Part shown: positions 37,520-49,900 of the stretch, piece after piece
How positions within the stretch are numbered: position 1 is the stretch's first letter
Layout of the letters: each line of letters starts with the position of its first letter
Assembly: GCF_006345805.1 (NCBI RefSeq)
Contig: NC_043003.1
Location: 30,504,001 to 30,568,000 of the forward strand
DNA length: 64,000 nt
Source: Octopus sinensis
Taxonomy: Eukaryota
Reading direction: 5' to 3'
Translations under genes and position numbers: made by a program
Notes under the pieces: generated by a model
What the model was told of the DNA's origin: nothing
The model's database searches: none
What the model saw: only the letters and a program-made list of their open reading frames with translations

Positions 37520-40100
37520 CAAGAACAACACTTAGAACGTAAAACTCGTCGTCACAATCTCCATCTCTGGGAACACACTTCGGACAGACTGATCACACAA
37601 ATTGCAAATAATCCACTTTTCTCCTTTGTACGTTGCCCACTTACAATGACAAATCACAAAAGATATATCATCATCTTCATCACCACTAAGTCCTCATTTT
37701 TGTACATTAGTCTTTTCTTAGCTTTTGATGGTGGTAGTGCATTTTTTTTTTTTTGATAACTCTTTCTTCAGCTTCTTTTCTCAGTCGATCTGACACGTCA
37801 TTTGATGTTAAAACTTTTAGTTGGATAGGTGTCTGAAACGTCAGGTGTCATCATTTTAGAAGGATAGATGAGTTGATGTATTCCACGTCGGGTCACTATT
37901 TTAGATACTGGTAGTGATGTATTAACATCTGGTCACCATTTTAGAAGTATAGTCCTGTTCCATGTCGGAGTCATCATTTTAGATGGATAGGTTGTGGAAC
38001 CAACTATTGTGATTCTACTCAGAAGGCTGTAATATCATTTGACAGGAACACATCATAAAGAAATACATGGAACAAGGTGGTAACTTTAAATACCTTTAAT
38101 GTGAGTGACACGTATGTGTACAACCTGAATGATAAATGGAAATGTTTGATGAACATTTATTCATATATCTACATTGGTTGTATGTTTGCTGTTAACCATG
38201 CTGAGGTAGCTCACGAACAGCGTTGTTAGAACCTGTGCAGTGTAGAGATGTTGCTGATGACGTTGATGAGAGACATGATGGTGGTGACGAAGATAGAGGT
38301 CGCTGTAATGCTATTGGACAGGTGTTGTCTGGTGTCGTCGATGGAACTGGCTGTGATGTATGTGGTCAGTGGTTAGACCTTAGAAGGTCTAAAACAGACC
38401 TTGAGACAAGGAGGGGGTGAGTTTTTATAGCTAACGGTATACCTATGATGGAGTTTAGAACAGACTGTCTCACGTGATTTATTTGGAGGCTGCGATTGGT
38501 TAGGCTGCATATTGGCGCGCAATAGAGTAAGAGACAAATTGCACCAATACCAACCAATCAGAGTGGTGGACACAACGGGGTCCAAACAGCGGCCAAAGGT
38601 TAGCTGTTACCTGCTACATTCGTACGTATGTATATATATTGGAGAGAGGAAGTTCACTAGAGTTTGTTACAAACTTTTTAGTGAAGAGATACTAATATAA
38701 AATCTGACTTTTTATAACAGTGGTAGTATAATACCTTGTAATGAAATAATAGAAAACTTCAGAAGGTTTAACAGAACAATAATAATTCATTATAAGAGGA
38801 AGTGACGATAGCATTAAATCCAGGTTTGCTTGCCAGTATAGAGGTATAGGATTCAGAGATATGGTCTAACAGTGTCCTAAGTAAACAGAAGAAAAGTTTG
38901 AGCTCCTTGATATAGATTCACAATTACCGATGTATGCAGCATCTTAAACATGTAAGATTTACGGTTACTGTATATTGGAAAATGTGAACATGACTGTTCA
39001 AACAGTCCATAAATAGTTATTTAGTTCCAGAGTGTTTCTCCATTAAGTGTTCTCCACGTGGTGAAGTTGAGTTCCGATAGCGACATGACACTGTCTAACT
39101 TCTTTGCCAGGCACCTTCCATTGATTTAAACATACCTACATCAAACGGCTGGCGGGCATGACTTGAGCTTGGTGGGGCGCATATTTATATTGTCATTTTT
39201 TAATAGCAACTTCAATAGTCCAGTATGTCAAATATGAACCAAGGCCATTAAAAATCAATAATACAAGCTTTGTTTTATCGGCTTAACAAATACGTTTGTT
39301 ATCCAGGACTCAAACCGAATCTGATATCCAAACATTGTTATTCACTGCACACTTACAATCATCAAGACCATTTTTAGTTCAATTCTCATAATTTTTTTCT
39401 TTGCATAGTACTAGAGGGGGTAAGTATTCAATACTTACAGAAGCACAAAATAGTACAGTGTACATAGCCTTTCTACTGTTATGAGTGAGCAGGTAAGCAT
39501 CTTTTGCCGATATCTGAAAAAAGTTTATGTTCCGTAGGGACGGTGCTGAATCCAGTTTCATCTTCACTAAAAATTATTTCTGCAACATTTTCATCATTAA
39601 GTATTCTAGATTCTTTGAAAAATGAGTCATGAGTGGTTTTATTTAAATTTGAGGCTTATGCTTTTGTCGACACTTTTGATTTTTTTAAATACAAATTCTG
39701 TGTTACCAGCCTCTCTTAAACGATATCTGCCTTTCTGCACTAAGCACATTGTCTTTCAAGTGTGTTTTTGTTTCTGAGCTGTCAAGATATGTCTTTTTTA
39801 TAATCTGTATGTCCTGATTTCCACATAGCCAACCCATTCTTGAGTACTGTTCAAGAGCAATTATAACATCTTCTTCATCAGATAAAGACAGTTTAGTTTC
39901 AAATCTACTACTTCCAATACGTCCTGGCAGAGAGTTTACCCATCACTGCAGGGTTTCTTGTAGAATATTGAGGTCTTTTGGTGGTTTTTCTGATTGATCA
40001 ATCTTCAGTTTCTGTCTTTAGTTTGGCAACATCAAAAGTAGATTCATCATATATAATTTCTATTTTTGCATTTGTAGTTTTGTACTATCCTTGCTAACCT
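37520..40100 (-). mobile_element. Decayed pogo/Tc5 (DDE_1) transposase with C-terminal PHD-like finger, interrupted by an LTR-like element
   Basis: Minus-strand remnants: HTH region (~40000), EDETGF (~39560), TVLFCAS...YLPPLV, LLIFNG, SSSHARQPFDVGMFK (~39140), and C-terminal ICHC..WIICNLC (~37600-37660). Confidence 0.75.
37817..38671 (-). mobile_element. Solo LTR-like element with a terminal array of tRNA-Trp PBS-like repeats
   Basis: Minus strand: TGTAAC start, CCAAT boxes (~38495-38520), TATAAAAA (~38425), ATTAAA (~38095). AACTT flanks both ends (37812-37816, 38672-38676). Its 5' part recurs at 60455-61240. Confidence 0.6.
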
Positions 40101-41659
40101 AAATAAAAGGTGACCCATTTTATTTCGGTAAAATTTAAAACAAGATTTTCTCTGTTTTGATCAAACAGCCACAAAACATTTTCCCCCAAGAAATTTCAAG
40201 TGCTAAAAAATGCATTGTTTCTGACTTGTATTTTTATAATGATGAATTGGTTCTCAAATTTAAAATATTATTCCACAAATTAGAAGGCAATGTAGCTTGT
40301 ATCCTATAATTCTTTTTTTTTCTTCGCCATGGTGAAGGACATCTTTAAAAAATTTAAATATTTTATATATATCACAATTTATTCATCCCCTTTTTAGTCC
40401 TCACTGACCCTTTCGGGAGAAACATTGATTTAATTTATGATATAAATATTTTAATTTACAAAAGCTGGAAACATGTAGTCTTGATTGTACATCGTTGAAG
40501 CTTTAAAGGGAGAATTAAAAAGTTAAAAATCTGAAGTTACTAAGCTTTTAGCAATTGGCATAAATAAAGTTGTTTATTAGAAACTCAAGAGATTCGATTA
40601 CTTATCTTAAAGGGATGTGTATGCATAGTAGTTTCACTTTCATTATTTGTTTCATTCGTAAGAAATCTGACGTCTTTCATCTGAGATATACGAGTGGTTT
40701 TTAGATAACTGTCTTATTAAATGTTGTACGAAGTAATGAGAGAAAACCATCATTGAAATACCAATCTGAATGTCAAACAAGACGGATTTCAAAAAAATTT
40801 CTCATCATATTATTTGAACTAAAAATCTTCTTTGGCATAATGCGACAAAATAAACAAAATTAAACGTCAGAAACATTTGCTGATATACTTTAAGATGAAA
40901 AATGTAAAAACAAAAAGGTAATCCTTCAGTATTGGTACACGATATCGTTCATCCACACAACCTTCCCTCATGGCATAAAGAGGTTAGGCTGAAAAAAAGG
41001 GTGAATGATGTCTCCTCATATCAACACTGTAGATTGATATGGAAGGAGCACCAAAGAATAAATAAACAAAAACCTAGCTTTCCTTCTCTTTTTGCTTTCG
41101 ATTCCAGAGGAAGTTGACATCGACTGTTTCTTGAGTCTGTCAATTTCTTCCTCCAGATTGAGTAGTTTCTCCATATTGCTGACACTGATGTCTCAACAGG
41201 CTGATGCATGAAAAGAACGAGAATAAAGATGAGGAGGAAGAGTTGGCAGAGATGTAGTTACATTTTTCTTTTTATAAAGAGTGAATAAATGAAAAATTAA
41301 ATAGATTTAAAAAAAAAGTCTTTGCATAACCCCAGGATTCACAATTTTCTTAACGTGAAAGTTACACTATCATTTTTACAGAGTAAATTGATCCCTTCAA
41401 AATCATTTAAGAGTGTCTTGGAGAATGTAAACTTTTAAGTTTATTGCCAGGATTAAAATACAATGTTTATCATGACAAATTACTTGGTTATCAGTTATTA
41501 AAGAATCTCATTGATAAAAAAACCGCTTAAAATTTATAACTCATTAAAACTGTAGTATTCTCGATGACAGAAAATAATCCTGTACACAGCACCAGATTAT
41601 TTCCTATTACAGTAATCTGTCGCCATTTCGCGGTTTATTATTTAAGCTTACGTTGATTC

Positions 41660-41862
41660 CTCTGTGATGTTGTTTTGCATTGGCATGTAAAAAGCACCCA
41701 CTACACTCGTGGAGTGGTTGGCGTTAGGAAGGGCATCCAGCTGTAGAAACTCTGCCAGATCAGACTGGAGCCTGGTGCAGGCCCTGGCTTCCCAGACCCC
41801 GGTCGAACCGTCCAACCTGTGCTAGCGCAGAAAACGGACGTTAGACGATGATGATGATGATG
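41660..41862 (+). mobile_element. RTE 3'-end fragment
   Basis: Conserved 3' terminus with (ATG)n tail. Confidence 0.85.
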
Positions 41863-41891
41863 AAATTATAGATATAATAAAAAAAAATATA

Positions 41892-41973
41892 CAGTACACT
41901 TTCTACTTCGCGGATTTTTACCTATCGCAGGGGTTTTTGGAACATAACACCCGCGATAGTCGAGGGGTTACTG
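41892..41973. mobile_element. 82-bp Tc1/pogo-type MITE
   Basis: TA-CAGTA...TACTG-TA with imperfect inverted arms. Confidence 0.65.
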
Positions 41974-42274
41974 TATTTATCGATTTGCAAATCTAGATAT
42001 CTCTCTCTTATGAAGATCACTAGAACTGGAATTAAAGCTGCATTTGACATCTCATTTCCCTTGATATCACTCATCTATTACCTTCATATCTTGGTAGAAT
42101 CTTACTACTTGTTCATCACTGACGTCTCCCAAATTCTGTGCAAACTGATCTGGATGACTGTATCTTGATGCATATTTTGCATCCCAGTGAATAAAAATAC
42201 CAAAACATTTTTCCAATAATTTCCTGGTAATTCACTACTTCGTTGGACCCCGTTTTTTAACGCATATCATGTTA

Positions 42275-42420
42275 TCTGTCTCTATATATAAAACACAGGA
42301 TGTGTGTCTGTGTGTGTGTGTGTTTGTCATGTAAAAGCTCGAAATTCACACAATCGATTTTAATGAAATTTTACACATGCATTACATAGCGTCCATGCGG
42401 GCACAGGGGAGATAAGCCGC
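42275..42420 (+). mobile_element. Possible non-autonomous Helitron/Helentron-type 5' end
   Basis: TCTATATATAAAA followed by (TG)n and atcgattttaatgaaatttt. 3' end not resolved. Confidence 0.35.
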
Positions 42421-42594
42421 ATTTTAAAAGAATTTTCGCAGTGTTAAGACCCGTAACTAGAAGAGTATCCAATCGCTTTCCTTCAAATTTGCAGCCAACA
42501 TTAATCAGGCTCCTGGGATTGCTGTTGGCTAAACAAAATTTCCGACGCCAACTATGTCTCCCCAACCACCATGCACATTAATTCGATTTGAGTA

Positions 42595-42974
42595 GGATCT
42601 TTTCCTTTTGAACGGCATATGTCAACACAATTTCTAGTTAACTAAACACTTTTAAACTTCGTATACTGGTAGAATGTTTATAAAACATCATTTTTTTCTT
42701 GGCTTTATTGAGAAAATTCTATAGTTTGTAAGATATTTCCACTTTAAAATCGAGCATTTCGGCAATTTTAACCAATCGCTGACCTCCATTTAGGTAAACA
42801 ACATTCCGTGCTGTATGAATATGTCCCTCCTTTAAGAAACAGATTGGGTTTATTTACATTTGCGAAGAAAAAAAGATACCCCCCCAACCCTAAAACAGAT
42901 TGAAATGCAATAGATCGATACTAGGGTTATAATTATGGGTGACATTTTCATTTGACACCGCTAGAAAAAAATCC
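42595..42974. mobile_element. MITE related to the 9719-10308 family
   Basis: Starts GGATCTTTTCCTTTTGA and shares aactaaac..aaacttcg..ctggtagaatgt with 9765-9800. Confidence 0.6.
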
Positions 42975-43393
42975 AATTTTCCGTAGCGGTGTCGTATAGA
43001 GTAAATGAGTAGCTAATAGTGATGTCCTGTATGAGGCATCTGTCTGTAACCCAAGGGTAAAGTCTGTGGGATCTCTATCCCACTGGCCCTAGAACTGGGG
43101 GAGTACTGACCGTGACTGGGGGGGGGGGTCGTTTAATAATTTTATATTTTTGTAACAAGCAAAGTGACTTGTATTCAGTAGATATGATAATCCTTGAAGA
43201 GCGACTCGAGTGGCTTGCTAAGCGAAGATAAAAATATATTTACATATACTCAATGAATGATTTTCTTAGCCCCAATTAAAACAGCGATAAATCGTAAACA
43301 GTAAAACTCACTGCCGGACTTAAAAAAATAGCGAAGTACAGCAACCCTGCTCTCTAGTGATTAGAGGTGAGTTCTCACTATACGAACAATGTC

Positions 43394-43663
43394 ACTTCCG
43401 CTATGTCATTCTCGCTCCAGCTGGAGTTGTCGATCTGTTATTTATTTTTTTATTTACACATATACTTTAATAGTAATAACTAATTAACTCCTGTAATTAA
43501 CTAAAGAGATTGTTCATTAACCAGAAGACAATAGAGAAGTAGAAAAATGTTCTGCTCAATCTATCAATGCCCTCATCGATTTTAAGTCTTGCTCCTTCAG
43601 TATATCACTCATTTCATTTTAGAACTCAATTATTTAATCTACGAACTACATTATTGCGTAAGT
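43394..43663 (+). promoter_or_regulatory. Putative promoter and non-coding exon 1 of ZNF gene C
   Basis: ACTTCCG 43394-43400 and donor GTAAGT 43658-43663. Aligns with 11098-11366. Confidence 0.7.
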
Positions 43664-46045
43664 ATCATTTATAAATTTTACATATTTATAGAAAAACTTG
43701 AAACTCAAACTGCTATTGTGCCTACAAGAACCACGTGGAGGTAATGGTGGGTAACTATTTTATAGAATCTGCTAGAATTGAACGACAAATGTAGAAGTTT
43801 CTCATCTGTCGGGCTTCATGTGAATAAAATATGCTTAATTTGTTGGCTAGGAAAGAGTTGCAGAAAAAAAGTTGATCGGACTTTCAGAATAGTTATAAAC
43901 TACTTTTTTTTTTTTTTTTTTTGAATTTGCCCATTTCTTTCTTTAGAAAAGGGAAATTCGCAAAAATTTTCTGAAAAGTACAAAAAAAAAAGAAAAAATT
44001 CGGTTATAAGGGTGCTTTAAACCAGAATTCCGCCGTTGTTTCCTTCATTTTTCAGCATTCTTGTTTCATCCAACAATTGTCAAAGAATTTTTTCCAAAAA
44101 ATTTAATTTTTTGAAAACATTCTCCCATTCCGTCTCCTTTCTCTTCCTCATGAGATAATGATAACTATTCCGAAGCTTCTCCAAAAATCGTTAATATAAT
44201 GTATATTCAGTTGAAAACATGGCGTAACCCGTTAGATTTTATCTATTTTGAATAATACCATTTGGAAATATGGGTAATGCCGTTACATTGGGGGATCTCC
44301 TACACAAATCTTGGAGAAGTAATGGAAACCGTCGCGAAATTTACAAATGGAGGAAATTAAACTTGTCAGTTACGAAGGTTGATTAATAAAACAAAATTAT
44401 TGTTATAAACAGAGATTTTTATATATATTCGATTGAAATAGTTCTTTATGTGTCCAGTTTCATTTTGATGCTGTTCATAACAATTTTAAAAAGATTATTT
44501 ACATTCTTTCGAAGGATTGAACCTCTGCATACTTCCTAGTGAAATTTTCCAAGGTGTTGATTGCAACATTTTTTTTTTATTTTAGCAAGATAATCGCAAT
44601 CTGTGTTATAGAAAAGATATCTCAAGGAAATTTTGTTTCCCCAAAATATGCAACTCACAAAGTTCGGCGTGTAGGACTGCATTATCATCTCCTCAAAAAG
44701 TTATTTCCCTATCCTTCCATAATTGTAATTTTCACCATCTAAAATGTATCTCTGGGAAATTAGTTCTTTAAGCAAGTTATGGGGGTGGTGATACTTCTGT
44801 AGTTACACCTTTTTGAAATATTTTCAAGCATATTTGCAAGAACTTTAGTTAATGGATCCTTGAAATTCTGAGTACCACTAACAATATTTGTAATTTCAAA
44901 TCAGTTTATAGTGTATATTTTGAAAACAATTCACAAAATAGTAATTTTTTGGTTAATGGCTTGAAGTATTAGCTTCATTATTTTTGTAATTTCGATTGCA
45001 TTACCTGACGTCAATTTGTTCGAGTGACTTACTAAAGTAGATGGTTGCACACCTTATTCTTTCCTAGTTAACAATTGATTTCCTTCCTTGGATTATTGCA
45101 GATGACTACTAACTTTTTGTTTATGCATTTCATTATTCTGTCTTTATTTAAATTCCACAGATGTTAATATCCTTCTATACACGTTGGTAAAAGCTTCATC
45201 ATCATCCTTTGACATCTGTCTTCCATATTGGCACAGTTTAGATGGCTCCATAGGATTTCACAAGCCAACAGACTGTCATGCTTCAATGGCATGGTTTCTT
45301 CAACTGGAAGCCCTTCCTAATCGCAACCACTTTACAGAATGTACTGGATGCAGCATTAATGATGATAATGATTTTCATTTACAAGTATAAAAGTCTATAT
45401 CTATTGTTTTTGAGATGGTGTAGGAGTTACTTTCATTCCAGCACCTTTCATACAGATCTCTCAGGTTGAAGACTTATGTTGCTATACCCCTGTCGGTCTT
45501 TTTCAATTTGTGATGATGACAAGCATCATAATGATAATATTTTGTACATTTACTGCAGTGTTGACCATTGTTAACTGGTAGTATGTGAAAACTGCAAGAG
45601 TTCAATGAAGTTAGAAGAGTCAAAGTAATTTTGTGAATATAAGGCAAATATCTGATGTATATATATTTTTTTTCTGTTGTTAGTATAGTTTACTAATATG
45701 GAAAACTTCCTTTTAAAGACATTTTTGCAATAACAATTGTTTTCAATTTTTTCAATGTTCCTGTTGTGTTCATAAATTACTGATAAAGAAAAGAACTGTA
45801 GTTGTCAGTATTGAAGACTACAATGGAGTTACAATTATTCTTCCCTGGAATCAAGACTGAAAATTCTTATTCCAATGTTTAACTGGAAAATTTACCATGA
45901 AGTTTTAATTGTACAGACTAATGTCTTGTTATATCTCGTTAACTAATGCAAGTTTAATGATTGTTTATTTTTCTTGTTATTAATTACAAGATTCTGTCAT
46001 CATAAATCCCTATTCTATTTTTAACAGCCAAACCATCACACTTTA

Positions 46046-46894
46046 ATGAAGATCATCATACAGGGAAATTATAAATTAAAAGAGAAAATTATGGATCAGA
46101 AACTAGAGCCTGAGAATACTGATTCATCTATCCATACAGAAGAAAATACACGAAAATACAGGAAAATAACTTACCATGAACGTAATCGCAAAGATGAAAA
46201 ACTATACCAATGTTATTTATGTGATAAAACATTCTCTACAAAGGGTCATTTATCTTCCCACTTATGTATCCAAAATGGTAAAAAACCCTACCGATGTGAT
46301 ATCTGTGGTAAAACATTTGCCTACAGTGGTTATTTGTCAAACCACAAATTTGTTCATACAGGAGAAAGACCATACTCTTGTGATATTTGTAACTTAACAT
46401 TTACTAGAACGGGTCATTTGCTTGATCACAAACTTGCTCATACAGGAAAAAAACCATTCCGTTGTGATTTTTGCCATAAAACAGTACCCACAATTAGAGA
46501 TTTACATTTGCACCTTTGTAGACACAGAGGAGAGGGAGCATCTTATCATTGTGATGCATGTGATCAAACATTCTTCCGAAGTGCTAGTTTAGATCAACAC
46601 AAATGTATCCACACAGGAGAGAAACCATATCAATGTGATAGCTGTGGTAAAAAATTTTCTACAGAGGTTTCTTTGTCTTGTCACAGACGTATGCACACAA
46701 GAATAAGACCTTTATATCAGTGTGAGTTTTGTGGTAAAGCATTTTCAAGAGGTGATTCTTTTACTAAACACAAACTTATCCACACTAAAAAGAGACCATA
46801 TAAATGTGATATCTGTGGTAAAGCATATTCTACAAAGACATTTTTGGCATACCATGTAAGTATGCATACAGAAGGAAAACCTTCAAAGAAATGA
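46046..46894 (+). CDS. C2H2 zinc-finger protein C, 8 fingers; likely start is the ATG at 46091
   Basis: Intact ORF. MDQKLEPENTDSS aligns with the N-terminus of A (MEKNVEPESIDSS). Confidence 0.93.
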   Translation: MKIIIQGNYKLKEKIMDQKLEPENTDSSIHTEENTRKYRKITYHERNRKDEKLYQCYLCDKTFSTKGHLSSHLCIQNGKKPYRCDICGKTFAYSGYLSNHKFVHTGERPYSCDICNLTFTRTGHLLDHKLAHTGKKPFRCDFCHKTVPTIRDLHLHLCRHRGEGASYHCDACDQTFFRSASLDQHKCIHTGEKPYQCDSCGKKFSTEVSLSCHRRMHTRIRPLYQCEFCGKAFSRGDSFTKHKLIHTKKRPYKCDICGKAYSTKTFLAYHVSMHTEGKPSKK

Positions 46895-47734
46895 GTTAAC
46901 TTTCCACAAAGATATTCACGTAGGAGAAAAGCTATTGATATACTATGAAATCTGTAGTAAAACTTTTGCATAGTCATTTCTTAACAGCTATATTCACAGA
47001 GGAAGGAAGACCATACCATTGTGATATCTGTAATGATACACTTCCTAAAAGTAAACATATCCATAAGGGAGGTAAATCATAGCTATGGTGACACTTTGTA
47101 ATAAACAGTTACCATCAATTAATGTCCAATTTTCTATACTTGCATGGATCTGATGAAATTCTTTGAGGCATGTTTTCCCTAGCCAGATGCCTTTCCTTTT
47201 GCCATTTCTCACCTGTTTCCAAGCTAGGTAAAGGATGTCATTTCTATGACTGCGATAATCATAATTTTTGCACGATGTCAGGACAAGGAGAAACAAATGT
47301 ATGAACCTCTTTCAGTTTCTGTCTACCAGACTCCCTCACAAGCTTTGGTTGGCTAAAATTATTCTCCACAATATAAAAATATTTGTCTTGCTCTGAAATA
47401 ATTTTAAACTTGAACTCACTAGAGTTAGTAATCAAAGGATAGGAATCTAGCTCTTAGTTAGGACTCAGTCATCATCAGTGCCATCATAACTGCACATATT
47501 CACTATACTTGTTTGTACATCCATAAATATCCAGAACAAATCACTTGCTGCTGTATTTTTGATAATTGGTGTCTCTTAGAATTCTATAATACACCATGAT
47601 ATTGTTAAACTGACACCAACCTAATTTATTTTGTATTTTGCCTGATATATGGGGTGACTGAATGAAATCTAGTTGTTCTAAATTCACAATTCCTTGGTTA
47701 TTTCATCCAGATGATCTATTCTAGAGGTTCATCA

Positions 47735-48095
47735 TTATTGTTTCAACACATACTTTTCCATGCTTACATGGACCAGATGAAGTTTATTGAAGCAGATTTT
47801 CTATGATCAAATGTCTTTCTGTTGTCAATCCACCTCTGTTTCAAAACAAGGTAAAAATTCCTCATAGCCTGACATGTTTTTGCATATATTAGAATTGAAT
47901 GATACTGCTTGTAGAACAGTGACACTTGTTTACATCTATCATACTATGTCAAAGAGACACAAACATATTCTCACTCTCTCTCTCACTCACGCACACATAC
48001 TTGTATACAACAGGCTTCTTTCAGTCTACCAAATACACTCATAAGGCTTTGGTTGGTCTGCAGCCATGTTAGATGACACTGCCCAAAGTGTCATG
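47735..48095 (-). mobile_element. Decayed SINE (family 1)
   Basis: Reverse-complement SINE body and RTE-like tail. Confidence 0.6.
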
Positions 48096-48120
48096 CCTTG
48101 GACATCCTTTTATATTTATG

Positions 48121-49210
48121 ATACTGAAAATGCTCAGAGACCAACTTCCACCACATTCCAGGGAGAAAAACTAGAAATTGTTGATAGCTTCCGTTACCTA
48201 GGTGACCAAGTCAGTAGCGGGGTGGGTGTGCTGAAAGTGTAACTGCTAGAGTAAGAATAGCCTGGGCAAAGTTCAGAGAGCTCTTACCTCTGCTAGTGAC
48301 AAAGAGCCTCTCGCTCAGAATAAAGGGCAGACTGTATGACGCATGTGTACGAACAGCCATGCTATATGGCAGTGAAACTTGGGCTGTGACTGCTGAGGAT
48401 ATGCGTTAGCTCGCAAGAAATGAAGCCAGTATGCTCCGATGGATGTGTAATGTCAGTGTTCATACTCGACAGAGTGTAAGTACCTTGAGAGAAAAGTTGG
48501 ACCTAAGAAGCATCAGTTGTGGTGTGCAAAAGAGATGTTTGCGCAGGTATGGTCATGTAGCGAGAATGGATGAAGATAGTTGTGTGAAAAAGTGCCACAT
48601 CCTAGCGATTGAGGGAACTTGTAGAAGAGGTAGACCCAGGAAAACCTGGGATGAAGTGGTGAAGCACGACCATCGAACTTTAGGTCTCACTGAGGAAATG
48701 ACCAGAGACCGAGACCTTTGGAAGTATGCTGTGCGTGGGAAGACCCGGCAGGACAAGTGAGACCATAACCCGTGGCCTCTACCTGGGACGTAGCCAGCCC
48801 GCTTATGCATACCTTTCCTACTTGTGAAGACCTGTTGAGGCAAGTGAATATCGAAATCGATGAACATCAATGGAAATTGTAGCTGTGATACCAGTGCTGG
48901 TGGCACATAAGAGAACCATCCGAACGTGGCCGATGCCAGCACTGCCCCGACTGGCCTCCATGCCGGTGGCACGTAAAAAGCACCATCCGATCGTGGCTGT
49001 TTGCCAGCCTTGTCTGGCACCTGTGCAGGTGGCACGTAAAAAGCACCCACTACACTCACGGAATGGTTGGCGTTAGGAAGGGCATCCAGCTGTAGAAACA
49101 CTGCCAGATCAGACTGGGCCTGGCACAGCCTACTGGCTTCCCAGACCCCAGTTGAACCGTCCAACCCCTGCTAGCATGGAAAACGGACGTTAAACGATGA
49201 TGATGATGAT
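48121..49210 (+). mobile_element. RTE LINE 3' portion (young copy)
   Basis: ORF 48431-48760 (MLRWMCNV..RGRPRKTW), complete 3' UTR and (ATG)n tail. High identity to 639-1800. Confidence 0.92.
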
Positions 49211-49900
49211 ACCTGAAATGATTGCTTAGTTTGTTCTCTTTTCTATTATTATTAACGTACAGTAAACTGAATGTTGATAAGACATGTTGTTTCCATCTAG
49301 CTTACTACTTGGATAATGTTGGGAACTCATTGACAGTTTTATTAGATGTCTGAGAAAGTGAACTTCTTGATATTGGATTATTTATTCTATTGTTTAATGC
49401 TCATGTTCTCAATTTACTCAGCTAAATAAATTCCTTACTATTGTGGACTTAATTCAATGATTGCAACTACAAGAAATTAGTGACAGAGATTTGCAACTCT
49501 AATAGTTGACCAAATAACATTTAGATGGAGTCTTGTTAACACTTAAATCATGATAATACTGAATTCATCCTTTTGATACCAATGTGCCTGAGGCTGCTCC
49601 TGAATCTGTAATACACACTTCCTCTTATTAAAGTGATATAAGTTAAAAACCTTTCTATAAAATTTCATGTTTCAAACACCAGGTTGATAAGGAGAAAGAT
49701 ATTCTATTGAATTTTTCATTATTTTTTAAAATTGATTAAAAGACATTGTATATCAAGAAGAATATGATAGCAAAAAGGGTAAAACTAAAGAAGGCCTTAT
49801 GCTGCAATGAAAATTTTACACAGAAGCATATGAATTGATCCATGTTAGTGAGGGGCCAGTTAAAATAATTCCCTTTTCAGCCACATGATTGACAAGAAGT

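Noticed and set aside
37812-37992. CRISPR-like repeat/spacer appearance
   Set aside because: Eukaryotic context, degenerate non-palindromic repeats, very short spacers and no cas genes; a PBS-derived origin fits better.
38223-38420. Acidic 65-aa ORF
   Set aside because: Lies antisense within the LTR-like element; low complexity.
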